From contig JADIIX010000197.1 of assembly GCA_027604505.1 (NCBI GenBank), positions 1-32,084 of the forward strand: DNA of 32,084 nt, in the 5' to 3' direction. The notes below the pieces were generated by a model. The model did not search any database. It was given only the letters and a program-made list of their open reading frames with translations, and was not told the origin of the DNA. The translations under genes were made by a program, and so were the position numbers. Shown here in pieces: positions 1 to 9,949 of the stretch (positions are counted from its first letter, which is position 1; every line of letters begins with the position of its first letter). The DNA is from Gonapodya sp. JEL0774 (taxonomy: Eukaryota).

Positions 1-31
1 CCCCAAAACCTACAACCCACCAAACAATTAG

Positions 32-1459
32 GACCTCTCAAAATCCCACCTCTGCCTCGTCCTCCGTAAGGAAAAAGACGACTCGATCCGCGCCGTGGCG
101 CACGACGAGCCGGAACTCTACGGACCGGGGGAGATGGATAGGGGTGGGTTGTCAACGGGGTTCGTGGGGGGGCGGTGGAGGGTGAGGGAAGGGAAGGGAA
201 GGGGGAGGGGGAAGGGGGGGGGGGGGGGGGGGGGGTTTGGTAGTTTATTGCTTGTCGGGTCTCTGGAAAGGCGTGTGATCACGGGACGGTACCTGGAGTA
301 CCCGAGCGGTGTTGTCGCCTCATCCGCACCGTCTCCCCTACCCCCCACTCACCGCACTCACCCTCCCAAACCCCTTGTGCAGACCTCGTCTCCCTCTGGA
401 CCGACTGCACCCTCCCCCCAAACTGCGACCTGGCCAAGGAACTCGACAAGGTCGGCATGAAGGCGCTCATGGCGTACGTGCCAGAGGGGCAGGATGAGGC
501 GGTGGGTAGCCGGTGGGCGGGGCCGGGGGTGGGGGGGGGAAGGAGGGGGCGTTGGCGTTGGTGGGAGAAGGGCGCGGGGGATGGAGCTGGGTGGGGAGGG
601 AGCGGTGGGACAGCGGACTCTCGGAACCCGCAGCTGGACTCCACGACGACGGACCGGACGGAGGGACAGATGGACGGTACCGGAAACGAGCGAGGATGTG
701 ACGTGGCGTGACGTTGACGTGACGTGTCGGTTTGGTCCCTGGTTTGGTTGCCTGGTTTAGCTCCCGTGGCTTCACCCGAGAGGCGGGAGTTCTCCCCCCG
801 TACAGACACCGCTTTTGAAGGCGCGCCGCGCCGGGGCCGCGCGGGGGACGCACGCTGGGGGGNNNNNNNNNNCGCGCGGGCACACGCTCGTGGGTGGTGG
901 TGGTCGCCGCGACTGACCCCGAGTGTCCCCCCCCCCCCCCCCCCCCCGCCCCCCTCTTTTTTTTCTTTTTTGTGTCGCCGCTTGTCGCTTGTGTTGCGTG
1001 TCGGTTATCGGTTATTTCGCATGTATACGCTGCGCTCGATCCTGACCGACCCCTGTCCCCCCGTCCGGGGATGGACGACTCGACGAAATCGCCGCGAAAA
1101 CGGTTCGAATCTCGTTCGAAATTACGTTTCCAACCCCCCCTTCGGTGGTGTTGGCCCGCCACACGCGACACGCGACCGCGCAACACTTTGGGGTTTCATC
1201 TTGTGTGCCGCGCGTGCGCGTGGCTGTGGTGGTCGCCGTTCGTGGGGTTGGGGTTTTTTTTTCCGCCACCCAACTGTACACGACGGGTTCGTTCGTCGGT
1301 CGCTGTCGGTGGTGGGGTACGGCCTGTGCTGGTGGGTGTGATTGTGCGTGTGGGTAATTGTAGAAGGAAGAGGTTCAAAAAGTGAAGAAGCGGAGGGTGA
1401 ATCGTGTGCACAAGGTGACCAACACGCATTTGAAGGAGGAGTTGGGTTTCAAGGACTGA
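32..1459 (+). CDS. TFA2: Transcription initiation factor IIE beta subunit, 3' part (gene starts upstream of the window); exons 32-143, 383-501, 1364-1459
   Basis: Splicing at GT-AG sites with matching phases gives DLSKSHLCLVLRKEKDDSIRAVAHDEPELYGPGEMDRDLVSLWTDCTLPPNCDLAKELDKVGMKALMAYVPEGQDEAKEEVQKVKKRRVNRVHKVTNTHLKEELGFKD*. This resembles the Tfa2/GTF2E2 C-terminus as I recall it (LVLRxxKD...D..FV.MW..V.LP...L...L...GLK, a basic stretch, then K(I/V)TNTH). The ORF track misses it. Confidence 0.8.
863..872. other. Assembly gap (10 N) inside a GC-rich intron with poly-G/poly-C tracts
   Basis: Run of Ns flanked by G/C homopolymers. Confidence 0.99.
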
Positions 1460-1626
1460 GGGTGGGGGTCAGGGGTGGGTTCACGTTGACCCTCGACAGA
1501 GAGGGTGAGGTGCGCATGCAGTGGGTGTGAGTTTTGCATGAGGTTTGTGATTGAAGCCAATACCCGTGATATTTACAATATACATTAATGCATGATGATG
1601 TTTTCGTCCGAGAATAAAGTCACGTT

Positions 1627-4600
1627 TCACCATTCTCCGCCACCGTCCTCCCGATCCTGACCCCGTCCACGACCCCTGCCCCCACCCCGCCCACCCCGCC
1701 GCCGTGCCCGTCCACCTCCACGCCCTCGCGAGGTGCCCCGCCCGCCACTTCGGTACTGTCCCGCTCTGCTGCCGGAGTTGAATCCCGTGTTTCGCGACCC
1801 TCCGCTACCAGAACCAGCGCCACCGCGTTCTCCCGGATCTCCGTCGGCCCACTCGAAGAAGCCGCACTGGCTGCCGGCGCGAGCGCAGGTATAAAATTCG
1901 CGATCTTTGTTGGGGCCTTCTTTAAATACCGTCTGGTTACGTGGAAAAGAGAATGGAGGACATGAAACATAAACCACCACGGCTTCCGGTGAATGAACTT
2001 GTGGGCACCCACCTTCTTCGACGCCAAAAGCCCACATCGACATCTGGGTGCATTTTCTTGGTCGTCGTTCTGGGGTGGGGCATATCTCGCTCCCGAAGAC
2101 GCACCACCAGGGCGACCAGCAGATGGGTTCCCGTGCAATTGTGGCCGCGAGTTCGGTTCGTCGTCGAACTCGAAAAAGTTGCACCGGCTCGAGTCGTTTT
2201 GGTCTTTGGGACAACAGTGGAATTGGCGACCAAGGTTGGGACCTTCTTTCTTCACAGTTCTGTGTTGTGGAAACGGGTTCAACAGAGCGGGATCAATAAT
2301 GCCTCGTTGCAGCGTTCAATCACAACCCTTCACCACCTAAACATACTATCGCCAAGCCGCTCTTCCCTCTCTTTAACAAGTAATGATACATTACCTTGTG
2401 ACAGCTGGTTGACCGCATTCACAGAATCTTGCATTTACATTGCTGGCACCGGTGCTTTCTCGCTCGATCGCGGTCGATCGCCCACCATGACCATCATCAT
2501 CTTGTCCAGGTGGTCTGGTACTGGTCAACAAAGATCCTCCATGCCGAACACGTGTAGCATTGGTTGTGCGAGAGTTTGGATCGTCCTCAAACTCGAAGAA
2601 GTTGCAGCGGGACGGGTCACTCTGTTCCTTGAGACAACAGTGGAATTGGCGACCCATGTTTGGTCCTTCCTTTCTCACGGTTCTGGGAAAATGGTTCACC
2701 CAGGGAAGGATTCACTGACTGTCTTCAATATTTGCCACACTCTCAAGAAACGTACCTCAATGCTGCCGACTGTCCACATTCACAAAACTTCGTGTTTTGG
2801 TCGTTGACGTAGGGGCTCGCACCATGTGTGCGGCCATCTGGGAGGTGTGAATTCCGGTTTAAACACCCGAGTTGCAACAAGCACGCACAAAAGAAAAAAA
2901 AAGTGTAGCAAATTGTGCTCACCAGCATGAGATCGACCACGCGATGCCCTGTGGTCCCTTGTGGAGCCTTGAAGCCGGTCAGCTTGTGGCACTCCTGGAA
3001 CAGGATGACGCTCAACGCGCCTCTGCGAGAACTCCTTGGTTTGCAGAAGCTCGACCAGATCTAGATCGCAACCAAGACATCCCACATAGCTCAGGGGAAT
3101 GTAAGGAGGCACTTTCCCCGGTACGAAGCGAAACTGCAGAAGTGCTGATGACATGTGGCCAGATACAGTGCAATTGTCGCAATTGCGGTCGAGGGGCTCC
3201 ACTGATTCAACCACTGAAGATGAGATCCAGATAGCAACTCGGCAAGTCGGGTATCCCGTGCAACCGACAAATCTGCCATTAGGATGCGATCGTAGGGTCA
3301 TGATTTGTCCGCAACGACACTTCTTCACCGCTACATTGTGCTCAACGGGAATCTGAAAACGAGAACAAAACCCATGTTCTTCGATGTGTGACCGAAAATG
3401 CAGGACTGAGGCGAGAACGTACTTCTGCGATATCTGCACCGTGTCCAAAATGTCGCGCAACGGACTGGCGGTGGACAATTGTCAGTGTGCAAAACAGATT
3501 CAATTGCGACATTCAATCTGCCAATCATGATTGCACTAACCTCTTGAAGGCGCATAGATTGCGTGGTGACTTTGTTGAACACATCCATGTACAAGCGCAG
3601 TGCATCACGTACAACGTCGTCCTTGGTCTTTACACCGTCCATGATGCGCTTCATATCTGCCTCGGTCTACGAGAGTGTTAACAATGACAACTTCCGAAGG
3701 GTCAAGATCATCACGTACTTGACTTCGTAAATAGGGTTTCGATAGGGAGATGTCATATCCAAACCCCATATTGTCGTACCCTTCAATCAACGCAAACCCG
3801 AGAGTTGTTGGTGAGAACCGTCCCCCGGCATCCTTCATCGCATATTTTCTATCTTGGATAGTTTTGATGTGCTGCGCAATAGTAGCGTCGGTTCCTGGTA
3901 AGGGGATGGCGCTCCGATAACGCGACCGTGTGAAAAATACACACGAATGAAATTGCCCATACCTATTCCACTTTTGTCCATCATCGTGATGAGATCTGCT
4001 TCTGATAGTAAAGGAGGGGGTTGCGTAGCTGACTCCGCTACTTGGAGCACATCAGGAATTAGGCGTTCCCCCACACGAAATGTCGGAATGTCTTGGTCAC
4101 TCCATCGGTCATAGGGGTAGACATCAAGGTAGTTGCGTTCCAAAATCATCAAGCCTTGAATTGAAAAACATCAGTGAAAATACTCGAGAAGAGTTGAGCG
4201 TCGCAGCACCTTTGGCAGTGAAGGACTCTTCGGCTATCTGAAGTTCCACAACCGTCTCAGATCCTTTTGCATTTTGGGAGCAGCATGCGAGAAAGCGCCG
4301 AGTAACGAGTTCGAAGATTTTCTTCTCATCTCCACTTAGGTCTGGAGCCAGTGCAGTTGGGTGGATCGGTGGATGTGCTTTGTCGTTGTTCTTGCCTCTT
4401 CGTGGTGCTGAAAAACCACCCGACAACAGACTTCAATGTATTAGAACACAAATTCATCGCGGACGGTCAATACGTGAGATTAACCCATGATATCGAGCGA
4501 GGGGTCGGGACAGGTCACGATCCAAAATCACGTACCCTTGTGCGAAAGCGCCCCAACGGACATCAGTCTGTTGCTTTTGAATCAGTGGGAAGAGTTCGAA

Positions 4601-5949
4601 CGTCGGCTCAAACTGGTCAGTCTCCGTTCGAGGATAGCTCAGTAGACCACGATTATAAAGATCTTCTGCGATTTTCATAATACGATCCGAAGATATGTGG
4701 AGCAGCCGAGAACCAAGTTTCGTCATTTCAATCGTGGTAAGAGGCAGCGGTTTCCTATGCCATCGCAGACATTACTTGAGATTGGAGAAGCGAACGGGGA
4801 GATTCGACACGAAGGTTCGCACCATTTGTCCTTTGGTTTCATGTCGACTTTTACCACTACTGCAAAACGGGCTTGTTGGCATCGCTCAAAGAGAACATTG
4901 CACATCATGTGGTCAAACAGATGAGTCCGCTGCCAATTGAACTTGACAAGCGTCTCCTCTTTCTTGACAGCCACATCTATCCTCCAGAAGAGCTCTGTTT
5001 CAAAATTGGCTTTTAAGCGGTATCGATCCACGACGAACCCCAATGTAGGAAACTGGCATGGTCCTTAGACAATGATGTGGGATCGGAATCGTCTGCCGGC
5101 AAAGTAAGTCGGTTCAAGAATGGAAAGTCCTTACCATAGCTTAGTACTTGATCTTTCAAATCACTGAAAACTCGCAGACGCTTGGTCATGAAGCGGGTAA
5201 AAGCGGCTCCGATTCGAAGGTCGAGCTCCTGTCGCGCATCGACTGCTGCTGAGGTCAGCAAATTCAACTGGTCGAGTTGGTTCATCGCCCGGCGTAGTTC
5301 TCTGTATATGCATGAGCTCAAAGTTTGAGATTTACTGTATTCGACCACATTCAACCATATTCAACTTACGGAGGCGATATGACAGAGAACCGCGCTCGAA
5401 GTACTTGAACCCTATGGTTGACTTCTCGGGCAATTTCAGCAATTTCCGCGCCAATATTTTCCCCTTCACGGTCGCAGTCTGTCCAGATGACCACTATATC
5501 TGCGGTTCGGCCGTGATGGCGGATATTACTGGCAAAAGTACCCAGGGACTGAGTACATGCTTTGGTAAAGAAGACAGAAAATATTTCTCCTTTGCAGAAC
5601 ATGCAATCTCACTTGCTTCACACTTTTGACAATTGGTGCCTGGAACAAGTCAATTGGGCTGCAAGATTCCCACCTTTTGTACCGGTCCGGAAAGTCTATC
5701 TCCATAATGTGACCCGCAACAGATGTGCATACAATTTCACATTGTTGTCCACCGTACAGGTACTCGAATCGCCATGTCACAGGAGTGCGTGGAGGATTGC
5801 CAATCTACCCATAGGTGGAGAGGGAGTCACCACGTGTACTGGCTTAGTTTCCAATACGGTGCTCTCACCTGCTGCGGTCTCCCTCCGAGAATCTGCGCGA
5901 TGCTTTTAGAAATCGATGGTTTCTCGGCGACGAACAGGAGCCGTTTCAT
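1627..5949 (-). CDS. TOP3: DNA topoisomerase III (type IA, TOP3-alpha-like), multi-exon; C-terminal zinc ribbon, 3 GRF zinc fingers, RGG-rich tail
   Basis: ATG 5949 begins [23 protein letters not shown]. Motifs: [39 protein letters not shown], catalytic [11 protein letters not shown] (Tyr codon 4634-4636), [12 protein letters not shown]...[10 protein letters not shown]. Stop TGA at 1627-1629. Confidence 0.96.
1845..2790 (-). repeat. Three tandem GRF-type zinc-finger coding units within TOP3
   Basis: [96 protein letters not shown]. Units 1 and 2 share near-identical DNA (e.g. acaacagtggaattggcgacc near 2211 and 2634). Confidence 0.9.
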
Positions 5950-6102
5950 TGAAGTTCAACCCCGCGCGTCTTCGCAATTTGCAACACAGCATCTATTATT
6001 TCACGCACCAACCTGGGCAAGGATTTCCACGAACAAGATGCAAGGAAACAATTTGTCCATAACATTCATTTTTACGTAAAACAAAAATCAGTACATAGTG
6101 TA

Positions 6103-6906
6103 CTAAAATGCATTCCGGCGGGTACCCTCAAATTCAACATCCTCTTGTTGCTCAGCTAAGGAATCCTGGAGGATTATCGGGTTGATTGCAGCACTTCTGT
6201 ACCAGTTGCCACAGACTAGAACATACCTGCTGAGTTACTGCTCTTAGGGCGGTCTTTTTGCTGGTCTCAATCATTTCACCAGACATAACTAATTCGTCGA
6301 GCACATAGTAGGCCTTGTGGAAGTTGTAGATCAGGTCCAACTCACAGACGTTGCCCTATTTGAATAGAAGTGAGTATTTGCGGTCTTGAACTGATAAGCC
6401 CATGACCCACAAAGTATCGATCCAGGAGCTCGACAAACCGATGAATAATTTCCAGCACGATGAGCTCGTTCTCATCAGCGTCAACACCAATGATAAAATA
6501 CAGACTTGCATATCTTCAATTGCGATGAAAAAAAAGGCGTTAAGAGTGAAATTACGATGCGGTAAATGGTAGTTCCAGCTCGAACCTCCGATAAACGAGT
6601 TTAAAGTCCTTATGGTCCACAACGTTCGTCATCTTCGGTGTTCGTGATGTGACCAGCTGCCCTATTTCTCGATGGTACCGGGCTTTGTCCTTTGGCGGAA
6701 GAGTCTTATACCACCGAGAAAGTCTCGTCTTCCCCTTGTGGCAGGAACCAAGGTCAGGTGTGTCTGGAGCGGAAAGCTGATTAGGAATATTCGCCGAAAC
6801 TTACTTGACGGTTGACAAGGAGGACGAAGTGGATCTGATGAGGAACGAAAGGGGAGAAGGACAGTCCACTGGGTGAAATGATCTTGACGGGAAAGCTCAC
6901 GGTCAT
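6103..6906 (-). CDS. APS1: Clathrin adaptor AP-1 complex small (sigma) subunit, multi-exon; an in-frame upstream ATG at 6978 is possible
   Basis: Spliced product [21 protein letters not shown]...[72 protein letters not shown]...GTRRNAF*. RYASLYF and HRFVELLD favour sigma-1 over sigma-2/3/4. Stop TAG at 6103-6105. Confidence 0.85.
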
Positions 6907-7301
6907 TGATCCATCCGCTGAGGAAGGCGCTCCAGCCTTTGCGAAAGTGTTCGGCCGGCTCATCGTTCTGGAGCTCATGGTGCTTTCGGCTCTTCAAATG
7001 AATAGTTGCAGTGCTTTGGACGATTTGGCTGCCACATTTTATTTATGACCTTTTTTCCAACAGCACCAAAGGAACACAAATTCAAATAAACGAACTTGCC
7101 TCTACTACAACGACCACAGAGGGAAGGTGTGCTCTGCATTGTGTAACTGCAGTTTTGTTTTTCCGTACCAGTAGTTGGACGACCACGAATTATCGCGTTC
7201 GAAAGTTGGAAGTTTTATGTAAACGATGTTGCTTCTACATCAATCTTTCTTCGTATTCGGTGCTAACGCAACATACTATGTATGTATATGGTAGGGCAGA
7301 A

Positions 7302-8190
7302 CTACAAAATTGCACATTTCTTCTCTCTCTTGACTGGTCTCGGTGGGCACAAAACCGCCCGGATAGCCTCATCGAAGACGCTCTTCAATCCTTTTTGAGA
7401 CAGCGCCGAACATTCCAGGTATTTGACCGCTCCCACTTCTTTAGCCATGCCCAGTCCTTGCGAATAGCTGATCGGCGCCATACGCTTCTCCTTTAGCTTT
7501 TCAATTGTGTCCCGGTCTTCTCTCAGGTCGAGTTTTGTTCCAACGAGGATGATTGGGGTGTTGGGTGCATGATGGCTTATTTCCGGGTACCACTGTAAAA
7601 TTCTTCCAATTTAGGAAAACTCAACATGAACCGTCTTGCAAATGAGTTCACCTTTGTCCGCACGTTCTCGAAGGATGGAGGACTGACCAATGAGAAGCAA
7701 ATCAAAAATACATCCGTTTGTGGATACGAGAGTGGTCGGAGACGGTCGTAGTCCTCCTGTCCCGCTGTATCCCACAAACCTAAGTTAATGGGCTTCCCAT
7801 CAACCATGACATTTGCAGAGTAGTTGTCGAAACTGAAACACATTGTCGAGATTTCGTGTTCAGAAGCAGCGAATGTATCTTTTACCATGCATCGATTCTC
7901 ACACAGTAGGAATATATTCTCCAGGAAAGGCGTTGGTGGTGTAGCTAATCAGCTAGATAGTGGGGGCTCAGTGTAAGCTCATTCTAGCAAGGTCTTACAT
8001 GGAGCACGAACTTACCAAGCTGAAGGTCCCAACATACATTCCGTCCCATAGAGACGCAGCAGAAGAGAGGGCGTCATGTAATGTTCATTCTTAATCGGAA
8101 GGCCGTCGTTGTGCATTGGTTGGGGAAGAATTCTCACCAAGTCTTGCCCACCGCACCATCGCCAACCACAACACATTTAATCGCTTGCAT
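7302..8190 (-). CDS. RAC1: Rho-family small GTPase Rac1; exons include 8138-8190, 8016-8019 (4 nt) and 7903-7952
   Basis: [78 protein letters not shown]...TKLDLR...ECSAL...KREKKCAIL*, with a CAAX box. TTNAFP and MQAIK are Rac rather than Cdc42 signatures. Confidence 0.97.
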
Positions 8191-8567
8191 TCTACGATCG
8201 GTTGATTGTCTATCAATAGAGAGTTCCGACAATCAGCTTATGCGAGAATGCCGAAGGAAGGTGGGGGAAGTGGAGGAGGAGGGGGGAGAATATGATGGGA
8301 ACTTTGTTTGGGAGTGATCTGCTATGGTGCTCACCTGGAGGTGTGCTGAATGATCTGAATTCTATCAAATTGCTGATGGCTCTCTCGCTTGACCAAGATT
8401 GTGTTAGTCTCAAATTTTTGCGAAGGGTTTGGTGAGTTTTGCAAGATTGGCCAAGGCGAAGATGATCGGCCACACAGCCAGATGAGTGCCCGGCTGAATT
8501 CTTTATCCGATTATTTTTCGACAACAACTAACTTGTTTTTCATATTCATTTAAATGACAGTCTCAGT

Positions 8568-9784
8568 CTAATCAGTGTTAAATAGTCTATCGCCAATATC
8601 CCCCAGTCCTGAGATGCCAAAGGAAGAAGCTGAATGAGTCGGTGTTTCTTTAGAGACAACACTTGATGCGGTGACATACCGGGCACAACGTATCCATCAT
8701 CGCTGAGCTGTTCATCAATTTGAGATATATATATGTCGATATCTGGGTGAGCATCTTGGAGTCGCTCGACTCCCGCCCGTGCACCGCAGAGAGCAACAAA
8801 CTTGATGCGCTTACAGCCCCAATCCTTAATGGTATTCACAGCTGCAACTGCCGTGCCAGCTGACATATTAAATGGCAAGAAAGAGTTGTGAGATAAAACA
8901 TTCTTGCTGCGAAAACTGAATCAAACGACCAACCTGTCGCGATCATTGGGTCCAAGACAATACAGACATCCACCTCAACAGTTTGAGGGAGTTTATTGTA
9001 GTATTCCACAGGTTGCAATGTCGCTATTGGTAAGCATTATTGTGAGGAGTTAGAAGAGCTGCCCAGATTGCAAGAGGAGTTGCAAGCACTTACCTTGTTC
9101 GCGAAAGATTCCGAGGTGGTGAACTTTCGAGCCTGGAAGCATTGTAAGAACCCCCTCAAGCATGCCCGTTCCCGCTCTGAGAGTAAGATTTTCTTAGAAA
9201 GCACCCGCTTCCGTGTCTACTGAACCCGAATCTCACCGCATGATCGGAACGACAGCAACCCGATCGCAAATGCGAACGTCTATGCACCACATAGGTTACA
9301 CTAGCTTCACTCAGGTTTAAAACTATGACAGTTTTTAGTACGCACGATTGTATGATCCCACGGGCGTTTGTAGCTGCCAGGATAATGAAGTAAGCGCGAG
9401 AAATGTTCTGCCCTGAGGCCGGAAGCTCACCTCTCCTACAGTGGCAAGCTTGAAGTCCTGAGTAAGCCATAGAGATTTCAGCGTGATACGAGAGAGTTTA
9501 GCGACAAGATAGATTGTAACCAACCCCAACAGCCTCGTACACCAACAGTGAAGTCAACTCTGTCACGAGATTCCGCACAACGACGGGAGGCTACAGATTT
9601 CCACGATTTCAAATTGAAGACTGAAATCAAGCAATGAGCAACAGCCATTACCTGTCGTCTATCGCGAAGCTGCGACACTGGGATACGCAATCTGCTTAGA
9701 GCTCTCAAATAGCGCAGAAGGTTCTGGGGCTGCATCCTCACATTTGTGAAGCATCAAGGGATGGTTGGAGACGTGAAGCGACAT
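8568..9784 (-). CDS. upp: Uracil phosphoribosyltransferase, upp-like sequence type, about 9 exons (functional analogue of URC6/urg2)
   Basis: Spliced product [20 protein letters not shown]...LLVYEA...LQTPVG...[16 protein letters not shown]...[21 protein letters not shown]...[11 protein letters not shown]...[18 protein letters not shown]. It contains the PRPP loop (DPM.AT) and the uracil-binding C-terminal motif. One internal donor site near 9520 is uncertain. Confidence 0.92.
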
Positions 9785-9949
9785 TTGTGAATCTTTGATT
9801 GAGACGGATTTCGCGTTCACAGGGTCAGTGCCAAGCGATCGTGATAATTTATGTGGGGTGATTGTTGTGGGAGGCGGATGACCGCAGTCTGTACAGCGGG
9901 CCGGAACGCTGATTCTTACACCCATCAAAGCCACATCAGAGCAACATCG
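9785..9949. promoter_or_regulatory. Probable bidirectional promoter shared by UPRT and the URC1-like gene
   Basis: Only 165 bp between the divergent ATGs (9784 on -, 9950 on +). Contains TGATAA (9842-9847) and GCGG-ATGA-CCGC (9874-9885). Confidence 0.65.

Noticed and set aside
271..308. Possible extra TFA2 exon (RVITGRYLEYPS)
   Set aside because: Needs a weak donor at 148. Direct 143-383 splicing uses GTGGGT and gives MDRDLVSLW, which fits the Tfa2 spacing.
1090..1125. tRNA gene suggested by GGTTCGAATC
   Set aside because: No cloverleaf, acceptor stem or A-box could be built around it.
95..1430. Many Gly/Pro/Arg-rich ORFs on both strands
   Set aside because: Products of G/C low-complexity TFA2 introns and the N gap, with no domain resemblance.
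1941..2807. 288-aa plus-strand ORF with an internal repeat
   Set aside because: Antisense shadow of the duplicated TOP3 GRF exons.
7302..8190. Rac1 as a frameshifted pseudogene, or as Cdc42
   Set aside because: The 4-nt micro-exon restores the frame, and the diagnostic residues are those of Rac.
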